A stretch of DNA of 61,284 nt, filler included, from Nemertoderma westbladi (lineage: Eukaryota > Animalia > Xenacoelomorpha): the NCBI GenBank assembly GCA_032718475.1. It is 3 parts of 3 records of this genome, joined end to end, with 100 filler letters (N's around TTAATTAATTAA, not from the genome) between each part and the next. Parts side by side here need not be neighbours in the genome. Positions count along the whole stretch, not along the records: positions 30,829 to 51,713 come from JAUCBJ010001334.1; 2 more parts are not named here. One strand, written 5' to 3'. Below, in pieces: positions 34,201 through 45,290 of this stretch (positions are counted from its first letter, which is position 1; each line of letters opens with the position of its first letter). The notes beneath the pieces are model-generated. The model was not told the origin of the DNA. It made no database searches and was given only the letters and a program-made list of their open reading frames with translations. The translations under genes and the position numbers were made by a program.

Positions 34201-37200
34201 CCTTGGCCACACTAATGGGTACCAGCGGGTGTTTGGTGCCCTGTAGGTACTTGTGCGCGTACATCATTGCGTTCTTCTTCTCGGCGGCCGAGGCCTTCTT
34301 CCCTATCCAGACGATACATTCGGCTCCGTCGTCTAGGATAAACACATCGTTGGTATTGAGAGAGGATCGCACGGGGTTCTCCTTGCTGAACTGCATGGCC
34401 CCTCCGGCGTCGGACAGACGGAACACCGACTTCTCTCCGGGGGTGTCCACCCAAACAACCTCGTCGTCCTCAACGCTTTCGCTGTGTTTATCGAAAGCCG
34501 CAATCAGTGGGTGTTTCTCTGTGAGATCGCCTTCTTCTAACGTCTCCACGTTGAGTTTCCCACGCCTCTCCCCTTTTAGCTCCTGTGTGAATTGCAAAGC
34601 TTTGAAGCGCTCATCCTTGTTGGCCTTCTTGCCGACCCACACGTAAGCTTGCAGGCCTAGATCCACTATAAACACGTCGTCGGATTGGAGACTAGCTATG
34701 TTGAAAGCGTCTTCAGTAACTTCCACCGTCTTCTTATCGCCTCGGAACTTTAACATCCGGGGTTTATACTCCTCGGGTTTAACGTGACGGAATCCGCTCG
34801 CGGCTCCACCTTTCATCACAACCATTTTTTTGAAGTAGGACTTAAACAACTTGGACTCGTGCCCTTCCACCTCTCTGTGTTGGACAGGTACGTCGTCAAG
34901 GAAGGTGTCTAGCTCCACGGTCTTGTAGGCGGCGGTTCCGTACTCGTCCTGGGTCGAGTGTTTCCCGATCCAGAAGTGGACGTCGTGGGCTAACTCCTCT
35001 CCTTGTGGGTCCGGTTTGTAGGTATGCAGTATGATGTAGGAGTCGCCCGAGTAGAAGCTCCCCGTATCCTCCTCCGGCCAGTGCTCCACCTTGAACTTTA
35101 CGATCCTCCATACTTGTAGTCGCGGTTTCGCACCGGCCCCCGCCCACGCCTGCTCGGTTTCAGCTGCCCCCTTCTTTACATTCTTCTCTAGATCCGATCC
35201 GAACAACGATAAGTTGCTATCCTTCCAGTCGTATTGCTTAGGCTTTTGCATCTTGAAACTCTTTAAAGTTTATTAACAAAATACCGGTACCGTAATTAGA
35301 GGAAAACTGGAATATTAGTACCTTGGCCTACAATTAAAAAACATATTTTAGTTAATATAAAATAACGAGATATCTGAAGTTCCAAATTACCTTTTGAGTC
35401 ATTTTCTTTTGTTCTTTCAGTTCTTTTGTACTAAGTCAGTAAGTACTAAACTAACTACAGAACTAAGTTATTTAGTACACCTTGGGCACAATGCATGCAT
35501 GCATTAGTGTAATTTTCAGCTATTCACCCCAGTTTACCACTGGTTACGTCTGTACGTGGTTACAGAAAGGCAGAAAGGGCCGAATTTAACCCCAAAAATT
35601 GAAAACCTGATATCTTTCACACTGTCACATCCTGACATCTCACAAACATCTACCAGGCTACCGAATAGTATTATTAATATAAAAAACGTACTGATATAGT
35701 TGAATAAATAATGCTAGAATCTGAGATTGGCTAATCAGTAGATTGAGTTGATAGACATTAAAATGTTAGGCCTATATTTGCGTCCTGCGTTTATCGTGTA
35801 AACATGAACCAGTATGTAATTAGATAGTCAATATAATATATTGGATGAGATTGCAGTACGAATTACCCTAACTTGTAAACTTAATAGCAACCACAGTTTC
35901 TTGTAATAAACTCAGTTGAGATTCGAGGTAAATTGCCAATCCAATATCCGTTTTATATCTTGTGGATTCTCTATAGGTCTATAATGTAATAAACCTTCCC
36001 CAGACTTAATACAGTCTGGACAATTCAGGCGGACGGTGGTTGGTGGGTTATAAATAGCTTGCTTGACATTCACGGTTATCTAACATGATGTTGATAATAA
36101 ATAAAATACTCTTTTCATATTCATAATATACACATCATATATAAATATGACAGCAACAATACATATGTATTTCTTTTTTTTATCTTCTAAAACATTGGGG
36201 AAAAAATTCATAGTATTTTTTTTAATTACCGGGTAATTTAAAATTTTTCCAAAATCGGGTGAAAAAGTTTCACTTATTTCCCTAGGAAAAAAAAGTAACC
36301 CATTTTTCTTTTTTCCCCGGCGAAAAAAGTAAAATAAAATATTTTTGATGGAATTTCTTAAATTTTATTACATGTGTTGAAAGAGCAACGAAGTAGAAAA
36401 AAAGGTTTGCACGAAATTTGAGCAAAATCCATGCACAAACTCAAAAGTTATTGAAACTTTAGTGTCTGCGTGGCGTACTATTAGTTTGTTGTAGTTGAGC
36501 TCCTCACTTGATTAATTATAAATATTCCAGAAAATATAATAATACATAACATTGAGTAAGGCTGTAGCACGAGTTGGAAGATATTGTTTCTATCATGCGT
36601 ACATTTCACCGTGCCATGCGACATTCTATGCCATTCATTTATTGCCTGCGAAACTGTATTAGCCTAAGTTATTTAATTAGTACTCAATAATTAATTCAAT
36701 AATTAGCCTATTCATTCTTATTAAATAATTAAACTAATTAAACAATTAATTAGCTCTATATACTCTATGTACCTGTCTTTCTATAACAATCAAGAATTTA
36801 CTTTAGAAATGACAAACAAAAAGGCTTTTACATCATACAAAAGTAAAACCTAAAATTTCACTGTTCTGACCCGTTTCCCAGTACACGGCTTATTTTGTGC
36901 CTCAGAATTACAAACGACCCTATAAATTTGCAATCATGCATGTAATAGGTGCAGGATATACCAAAAAATAAGTTATTCTTTTTTTGGCACCATAAAATTA
37001 TCACAGGAATAAAAAAAAAGCCGACCTAAATAAACCTATAAACTAAAATTCATATGTTTCCTATCATCATTTTTGAATGTTAATAACTTACAACATAATT
37101 TAAACCTCCCACTCAAGACCCTGCGTTTTTATTGGATAATTTAATTATCTTACTATAAGCTACAAGGTCCAGTAATGGTTGGTTGATGGTTTTTCTATGA

Positions 37201-39819
37201 TATAAGACTATTAATATAATAACTATTGCTTAAAAGCAACTAGTGCAACAAAGGGTTATGACATACAAATACAACATATGAAAGGAAGATTACAGGGGTG
37301 TTTACTGTAGAAGATATTGAACAATAACTTCTTAATTTGGAGCTGCAAGATTCTCCATACCTGCATACCGGAAAGTGCGCAAAACCGTGACAGTGTTAGC
37401 GGTATGTGGAGGTTTACGTTACACGGAAGTTCGAGATCTTAATATAGACGACGTAATTACCAAAGAGGGTTGGAATGTACGTGACCTTTAAAATGTTGTA
37501 AACAACAAGGGGAGACGATAACCTCCAGTTTTCTTGTACCTCACCCAATGGCGCAACACTTGACAACCTACCTACCTATACCTTAACTCAATGAAAGTTC
37601 TACTGGGACGGAATCTGGAAGGTTAAGATTATGCAGCCACAGGTATATCACGGTATACCAATCAACCCATGAACCCATGTACAGCATTGGGAAATACATT
37701 GCTGCAAAGTTGAAAGTTCCTGAGCCAGTAAGTCCCTGCTGCAAAGTTGAAATTTCCTGAGCCAGTATGTCCCCCGGAGACTGTTTTAGAAGATCAAGTG
37801 TGACTGCCGCTGTTGATCAAGAATTGTCTACAAAGGAGATTATGGCGTCATTATGGTTGGAGACAAGGAGACAACAGCAATGAAATACATCGAGCATAGC
37901 GAATATAGGGTAAAGAAGATGGCTAGGATATTTGAAGGGTCTTTAACAACATCGACTACATGCCGAAAAGGGAATTGTGGCCGAAAAGGGAATTGTGATG
38001 CATCAGAGGAACATGTGAGAAAGATATTTAACATACACATTATTGGTGACAATGCCAATCTCACATTTCAATATAAATATATAATAATATAATATAATAT
38101 ATAAAATAATATATAATAATATAATATATAAAATAATATATAATAATATAATATAATATATAAAATAATATATAATAATATAATATAATATATAAAATAA
38201 TATATAATAATATAATATAATATATTAAATAATAGGGGTATATAATAATATAAATTAAATTGAAAATTCTGTATTTGGATATATCAATAATTAAAACTAG
38301 ATATTTAATATACTTATGCATATATAATATATTTCTGCATATATCAATTAGGCCTAACAAGTAAAATAATATTTACATGAAAAGTAACAATTTAAGAATA
38401 ATTTTTTTTTATTAATTAATTGTTACTTTTTCGCTCGAAAATATCCCCCAAAATCGAGAGAAAAAGTTCCAGTTCTTTCCTGGGGAAAAAAAGTAACCCT
38501 TAGGTGGTGGTTACTCTTAGGATTATCCGTTAAAAATTAATTATTTCCACTATACTCTACAAAACAAAATATATACAAAATATAAAAAGTGTAAATAAGA
38601 TGGAACCAGAGGAAACCAGTTAAGTATAACATCGGGGTCTCAAGCGAATGAATATGATACGCGAGGTGGAACTTAGGACTGGCCTAGGCTAGGACCTGGG
38701 TTCGGCTACAGTTAAAACGGAGCAGAAGTAATCAGCTGTTATTGGTGAAGGCCATACAAACGTGCGATCTGAGATTGTGTAACTGTTTGCTGCTATTGTG
38801 CTTTACGACTTATGTAAGATTACTTTCTAGATTAATATTTAATCATTTTGTAGGATTTCCCTTGGAGTCCCAAACTTATCAGTGAGTTGACACAGGCCAC
38901 GGCCCCGGCTCTGGATTCCTGCGTCTGCGTGGTCTACTTTACGGATGGGACCGCGGAGCAGATTGAACGAGCCACCCAGCGGCTGAGTCCAGCTGCCCAA
39001 TCCAGTCAGAATAAATCATACAGGTTCTTCTACACCGGACCAACTCGTGAGGTTAGTGTATGTCGGGCTTCAGCTTCCGCGGAATAATATAATAATATTT
39101 GTTCGATTTACCTTAAATTAAGAAAAATCAAGGCGTCGTAAACTATAGGCCATGCAGCCGGACTTTACTTGAGGGTCAAATTACGGGAAGTTAATGAAAA
39201 AATGTGAAAATTAAAGATTTATATAATTAATATTTTTTTCATTTTAATTTTTACCCCCCCCCCCCCCCCCCCCCTAGCTGGCCAACATAAACATTTTGTA
39301 TATTCAGATATTCTAGAACGTTAGCTATTGATAATTTTTGACATTTTAATTTCTGGAGCAATATCGACGGTAACAACATATTCAAACGCTTGTAGCTAAA
39401 GAATGAAAGAAAAAATAATAAACCTGGCTCACCCAGCAAGTAGGAGGGAGGTGAATCTATCTCTGTTTCAAATTTTATGCAATCTCATTAAGATTTGCAG
39501 AAAAATTTGGGGGGGGGGGGGAGGGGTCTATGTACCTGAATAACGACACTATATTATTCCGGAACTTGGTGTAATACAACGGGTGTCATATGTTATCTAA
39601 TAGTAATTATTTAATTATTATTTGTAGGATGGACTGATAGATAATCTCCAACAATTCCTAGAAACAATAGAAGGCCCTAAGGAACACCTTGCCCTACTAG
39701 ACCTCCCAGCTAATAAGAAATTCCTAGAGATGGACAGCGCCAAACTCACTGCAGAGAACATAGAATCCTTGGTACAGGACATTAGTACCGGGAAATTACA
39801 CTGGCAGCCGTTGGTGTAG
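31271..39819 (+). CDS. NXN: Nucleoredoxin-like, 3' exons 31271-31375, 38854-39051, 39628-39819 (5' exons not visible)
   Basis: Phase-0 GT-AG exons translate to LFRVDGIPTLIILD...ITSEGRNFVDMDPDGK/DFPWSPK..., the nucleoredoxin GIPTL...GR...DP.G..FPW.PK signature, ending ...ISTGKLHWQPLV*. Confidence 0.85.
34169..35251 (-). CDS. Three-domain gelsolin/severin-like actin-binding protein, intronless CDS, 360 aa
   Basis: LQVWRI, FYSGDSYIILHTY, DVHFWIG..STQDEYGTAAYKTVELD, PVQHREV.GHES..F.SYF and two further DVFI.D.G repeats. Confidence 0.95.
   Translation of the reverse strand: MQKPKQYDWKDSNLSLFGSDLEKNVKKGAAETEQAWAGAGAKPRLQVWRIVKFKVEHWPEEDTGSFYSGDSYIILHTYKPDPQGEELAHDVHFWIGKHSTQDEYGTAAYKTVELDTFLDDVPVQHREVEGHESKLFKSYFKKMVVMKGGAASGFRHVKPEEYKPRMLKFRGDKKTVEVTEDAFNIASLQSDDVFIVDLGLQAYVWVGKKANKDERFKALQFTQELKGERRGKLNVETLEEGDLTEKHPLIAAFDKHSESVEDDEVVWVDTPGEKSVFRLSDAGGAMQFSKENPVRSSLNTNDVFILDDGAECIVWIGKKASAAEKKNAMMYAHKYLQGTKHPLVPISVAKEGHHMIDAFF
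36249..38499 (+). mobile_element. Degenerate Crypton-type tyrosine-recombinase element
   Basis: Broken frame with VLAVCGGLRYTEVRDLNIDDV (~37390-37460), GDCFRRSSVT (37776-), RHYGW (37846-) and AMKYIEHS, i.e. the R...HxxR...H/W...Y order. Flanked by ~53 bp direct repeats. Confidence 0.75.
38068..38260. repeat. AT-only low-complexity/satellite (TATAA-type units)
   Basis: Directly visible. Confidence 0.9.
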
Positions 39820-40625
39820 AACTTGACCCACAGTATTTATTTTTGTACATCGACTTTTATATCAATGTCATCCTCAATAATAGACTATTGGTGCACCCGT
39901 ATCGAGTTACTACTGAATATCGTGGTTCGATTTATTGCTACCCTTAGATTTTAGACTATCTTTACTTATTACTTTAATGTAGGCCAACTTTCCTATTTCA
40001 TTATATCATGCATGTATGTGTATTCAACCGTTTAGTATTATGAATTTGAGAAAATTGGTTAAAAGTGAATTGTTTTTATCTCTGGTACCGGTTTATCGTA
40101 TGATTCTAATAATATAATATTATAAAATAATGCACTTAATATTTCGTGAGATATTTGTGTTAGAAAGTATCATGTTTTTGCTTCCGCTTCATGTCGTTTA
40201 TTCTATTAATATATAATTACAATTCTGGAACATTTTATATATTTCATAAGTTGCTGGGTAACAATGACTAAATCTATGTAATAATTACTATTACGCATCT
40301 ATTCGTACATAAATAAAATGTTCTAGAATATGGTGTTTTTATTTAATAGAATAAATGGCCTGCAGCGGAAGTTAGTTTAGCGCCATTGTCAGCTAGTTCG
40401 CAACTAAAATAAGATGTTATTAGATATTTGGAATCCCCGCAATCTCATATTTTTATCGATACAAACGAATCCCTATTAAGGTGAGGAATAACTGCAGCAC
40501 GACTAGTGAAATTTCGACAGAGATACTTTTTTTTAAACGCTTGGAGCCAAAGATTGAAAGCGTAAATATAAATTCTGGCTTATACATGACCCTGTAAGTG
40601 CTCGGGAGGTCTAACTATCTCTATC

Positions 40626-40790
40626 TTCGAATACGTAAGGAAAGGGAGCTGTCCAGGATTTGGAAGTCACACAGGAATACTTTGGAAACTTAAGGTCCGA
40701 TTATTTAGAGCAGCAGTAGTTCTAGTACTCCTCTATGGGAGTTTATGCTGGGCTCTAACTGCTGAGGACACCATATCTCTGAATGGCACA
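40626..40790 (+). mobile_element. Internal RTE fragment (same family as 20673-22153)
   Basis: Matches ~21583-21767 (CTTCGAATACGTAAGG...GGCACAT) with deletions. Confidence 0.85.
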
Positions 40791-41130
40791 TCGAGAAATT
40801 TAGCCTACGAGACCTTGGGCCGCCCCGGCCCTGAAACATCCGAGTTCCTGAAGGAGATCGGGGCAAGACTCCACTCTGTCACCCAGGAGCCCCGATCTCA
40901 CCGCTTCCTCCTGCAAAGGCTGGCAATCGCCATCCTGGTCGGCAATGCGGCCTCCATTATGGGGACCGGGGACCCCTCACTCATTAACAACGAGGGATAC
41001 CACGAGGTGGTCCATGGTCCCTAACACCCCACCACCCCACCCGACGGAACAGACTTACATACCCCCCCCCCCCCCTCCCCAATGAAACAGACTTATTACA
41101 CCCCCCCCCCCCCCTCCCTAGATTTATTAT
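40791..41130 (+). mobile_element. 3' end of a CRE-clade (restriction-like endonuclease) non-LTR retrotransposon
   Basis: AYETLGRPGPETSEFLKEIGARL...EPRSHRFLLQRLAIAILVGNAASIMGT matches the ET.G...QR.....GNA C-terminus typical of CRE elements. Confidence 0.7.
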
Positions 41131-42660
41131 TTTATTATTCTATTTAATTAACATGTCACAAATTTCTAGAACATTTTGTTTATCCAATTATAAATTGAAA
41201 ATATAAAAGAAATGAAAGTACAATAATTTTTAGTTACAAATTTAAGAATAAAATTACGTATTACATGGGAGAAATTCAATGTTCTCTCGACCCTTTAGTA
41301 ACTTCGCTAGCGCTTGGGAAATAAAATGCCCGAGAATACTGAAAAAAAGTGATACATTTTATCCATAAATAATTATTAAGCAGTCGGTCCGAATAAACAT
41401 TGAGGTTTAGATGGAGTGGATGGGACGTGGAAATGTATTTCATGGGACGGCTATATTGTTAGAGTGCGCGCTTTTTTAAAGGACTGCTCGATCGTATTGC
41501 GAGCCTTTGATGCCCTATTCTTTTCGTACGACCACTGTATTGATCTACCGGTATTCCATTGTGAAATTCAGACTCTAGTCTGAGATTGAACTCACCAGCC
41601 AAATAATAACCAACCCTCTGGATTAACTTCTTTATTAATTTCTTGCTCATTCAGGAATTACCAAATGAGGTAGTTCTTGAATGGAACCGCAGCCATATAA
41701 CTAATTGATCGTTTTGATCTTACTGTGCTTCTTACATTTGTTCGAATAGAGTTAGAAACAAACTCACCCATACGGTCGACTTCCGATTGGCTGCTTCGAG
41801 AAAACGCCCGCACTACGATTCAACCAATCAGGTTCGAGTGTCTGTTGCTATGGAAGCCGAGCGCAATAGGTACCCACCGGCGAAAAACCAAATTCTAGAA
41901 ACCACCAACGATCAAGGAGAAAACACGTCGTTACTCGTGTTGGACAGTTATTCGTCTAAGGGACCCTTTGCGGGCGTTTACAACTCAAACCTACCGATAG
42001 TTCAGTTCGCCGGTAGGCCGCAGGGTGGCGCACCTTCAACTCTCCCGCAATCTCTATTGACGCCCCCAGACTCAGATACGGACACAATGAAACTCCATTC
42101 AATGTCGGGACAAATCACAGACAATCGCCACGGTTACTGTCCCGTCATACAGGCCACTGGGAAATAAATATACTTTCAGTTTGTATTCACTTCCTCACAG
42201 ATGGACTAATTATACTCCTTTGTAACTTTAGGAATCTTATGATTTTACGTACATTTTTATTTGAGTTCATATTTACTCGTATTTTTGTAATAAACGTAAA
42301 TATCGCTATGTATTTGTGTTGAGTGGAAAGTAGAATTATTAAAATTATAAATTGAGCTGCGAAATTTAATTCGAAACTTTCAGTTTAGAGTTTGAAATTT
42401 TGGAATCGATTATAAAAAATGTTTGTTTATGGAACATCGTCGTAGCAACAATATTACATAGATTGGGGTGGGGGGGGGGGGGGGGGACAATATTCGTGGA
42501 ATTGGACTTTAGAATAAAATCTAATTTGTAGTGACAGTAAATATAATAGAAACAAAATAATTTGAAAATTCTAATCACTACAATTTGCGTCATTTACATT
42601 TCAAATCATCACAACTATCATTATTATTATTACAATTGTAGTAAATGGTGTTAATTAACT

Positions 42661-45290
42661 CTAATTATAAGTACCAGTCTCAGCAATTGAAATTTCAACC
42701 GATATATCAACACTGCCATCGCCCCAAATCATTTTCTTGTCTTCACTATTAGAATTATAATCCCCGTTGAGGTTTGTTCTCGACTCCTTTGTATGCCACC
42801 AACCGCCGGTCCGATCTTCAGCCAACGATTTGTCCTCAGAATCATCGTTATCGGAGTCTTTCGTTGAGAACTTTTTCCCATTAGCTGCGGACATTTCATC
42901 CCTTCCATATAGTGGTGGGTGGGGGTGTTGTAGGTGTGGTTGGGAGTGTTATAGTGGTGGGTGGGGGAGTTGTGATGGGTGGGGGTGTTAGTGGTGGGTG
43001 GGGATGTTGTAGGGGTGGTTGGAGGTTTTATAGTGGTGGTTGATGTGTTTCAGTGATGGGTGGGGGTGCTACAGTGGTGAGTGGGGGTGTTATAGTGGTG
43101 GGTGAGGGTGTTATATACTGTAGTGGTGTGTGGGGGTGTTATAGTGGTGGTTGGGGGGTTTTATAGTGGTGGTTGGGGGTGTTGTAGGGGTGGTTGGGAG
43201 TGTTATAGTGGTGGGTGGGGGAGTTATAGTGATGGGTGGGGGTGCTACAGTGGTGAGTGGGGGTGCTATAGTGGTGGTTGAGGGTGTTATAGTGGTGGGT
43301 GGGGGTGTTAGTGGTGGGTGGGGGTGTTGTAGGGGTGGTTGGAAGTGTTATAGTGGTGGGTGGGGGAGTTATAGAGATGGGTGGGGGTGCTACAGTGGTG
43401 AGTGGGGGTGTTAGTGGTGGGTGAGGGTGTTATAGTGGTGGGTGAGGGTGCTACAATGATGGGTGAGGGTGTTATAGTGATGGGTGAGGGTGCTACAGTG
43501 GTGAGTGGGGGTGTTATAGTGGTGAGTGGGGGTGTTATAGTGGTGGTTGGGGGTGTTGTAGTGGTGGGTGAGGAAGTTATAGTGATGGGTGGGGGTGTTA
43601 TAGTGGTGGTTGGGGGTTTTGTAGTGGTGGTTGGGGGTGTTATAGTGGTGGTTGTGGGTGTTGTAGGGGTGGTTGGGAGTGTTATAGTGGTGGGTGGGAG
43701 AGTTATAGTGGTGGTTGGGGGAGTTATAGTGGTGGGTGAGGGTGTTATAGTGGTGTGTGGGGGTGTTATAGTGGTGGTTGGGGGTTCTGTAGTGGTGTTT
43801 GATGGTGTTACAGTGGTGGGTGGAGGTGCTACAGTGCTGAGTGGGGGTGTTATAGTGGTGGTTGATGGTGTTGTAGGTGGGGTTGGAAGTGTTATAGTGG
43901 TGGGTGGGGGAGTTATAGTGGTGGGTGAGGGTGTTATAGTGGTGGTTGGGGGTTTTGTAGTGGTGGTTGGGGGTGTTATAGTGGTGGTTGTGGGTGTTGT
44001 AGGGGTGGTTGGGAGTGTTATAGTGGTGGGTGGGGGAGTTATAGTGGTGGTTGGGGGAGTTATAGTGGTGCGTGAGGGTGTTATAGTGGTGTGTGGGGGT
44101 GTTATAGTGGTGGTTGGGGGTTCTGTAGTGGTGTTTGATGGTGTTACAGTGGTGGGTGGAGGTGCTACAGTGCTGAGTGGGGGTGTTATAGTGGTGGTTA
44201 AGGGTGTTACAGTGGTGGGTAGGGGAGTTATAGTGATGGGTGGTGGTGTTATAGTGGTGGTTGGGGGTTTTGTAGTGGTGGTTGGGGGTGTTATAGTGGT
44301 GGTTGTGGGTGTTGTAGGGGTGGTTGGGAGTGTTATAGTGGTGGGTGGGGGAGTTATAGTGGTGGTTGGGGGAGTTATAGTGGTGGGTGAGGGTGTTATA
44401 GTGGTGTGTGGGGGTGTTATAGTGGTGGTTGGGGGTTCTGTAGTGGTGTTTGATGGTGTTACAGTGGTGGGTGGAGGTGCTACAGTGCTGAGTGGGGGTG
44501 TTATAGTAGTGGTTAAGGGTGTTACAGTGATGGGTAGGGGAGTTATAGTGATGGGTGGGGGTGTTACAGTGGTGGGTGGGGGAGTTATAATGATGGGTGG
44601 GGTGTTACAGTGGTGGGTGGGTGGTGATATAGTGGTGGGTGGGGTGTTATAGTAGTGGTTGGGGGTGTTTGGGGGTATTATAGGGGTGGTTGAGGGTGTT
44701 ACAGTGGTGGGTGGGGGAGTTATAGTGATGAGTGGGGGTGTTACAGTGGTGGGTGGGGTGTTACAGTTGTGGTTGGGGGTGTTTGGGGTTTTTATAATGG
44801 TGGTTACAGTGGTGGGTGGGGCGTGGGGGTGTTATAGTGGTGGGTGGGAGAGTTCTAGTGATGGATGGGGGTGTTATAGTGATGAGTGGGGGTGTTATAG
44901 TGGTGGTTGGGGTGTTGTAGTGGTGGGTGGGGGTGTTATAGTGTTGGATGGGGGTGTTGTAGTGGTGGGTGGAGGTGTTGCAGTGGTAGCTTAGTGTGCA
45001 GTAGTGGTGGGTGGGGATGTTGATGATATCCCATTTCATTCAGTGGCGTTTTCAATTTCCGTTACATCTATAGGAACAGTGGGGGTATTGATTCGTGAGG
45101 GCGGTATGGTGGTAGATATTGTAGACTGGTGGTCAATAGTTGAGTTTATCGATGTCCCAGAAATCTTAACCCTATTGGCACCGGATTTATTGTTGTTATA
45201 TAAAACGAATAATGTTATTACTAGCGACAATAAAACAAACCGACCACCAGATTACGAACGAAACGTATATTTTCGCGACGGTTATCTTTA
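42661..45290 (-). pseudogene. Degenerate mucin-stalk + fibrinogen-related-domain (FReD) gene
   Basis: Hydrophobic N-terminal segment near 45190-45245, then PPTTITP repeats, then KFSTKDSDND...GGWW...NLNGDY. Stops at 45036 and ~44991 and frameshifts inside the repeat. Confidence 0.65.
42905..45020. repeat. 21-bp G/T-rich minisatellite (GGTGTTATAGTGGTGGGTGGG-like), about 100 units, with higher-order duplications
   Basis: Directly visible. The minus strand encodes P/T-rich heptads. Confidence 0.95.

Noticed and set aside
34203-34646. Antisense and alternate-frame ORFs over gelsolin, SLC25A11, gag and RT
   Set aside because: Shadows of real coding sequence with no independent motifs.
38061-38360. 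99-aa Ile/Tyr ORF, and the His/Tyr/Ile ORFs at 20404-20745
   Set aside because: Low-complexity AT or CATA tracts, not credible proteins.
43151-44994. Plus-strand Val/Gly-rich ORFs (e.g. 416 aa)
   Set aside because: Antisense read-out of the 21-bp minisatellite; flanking coding signals are on the minus strand.
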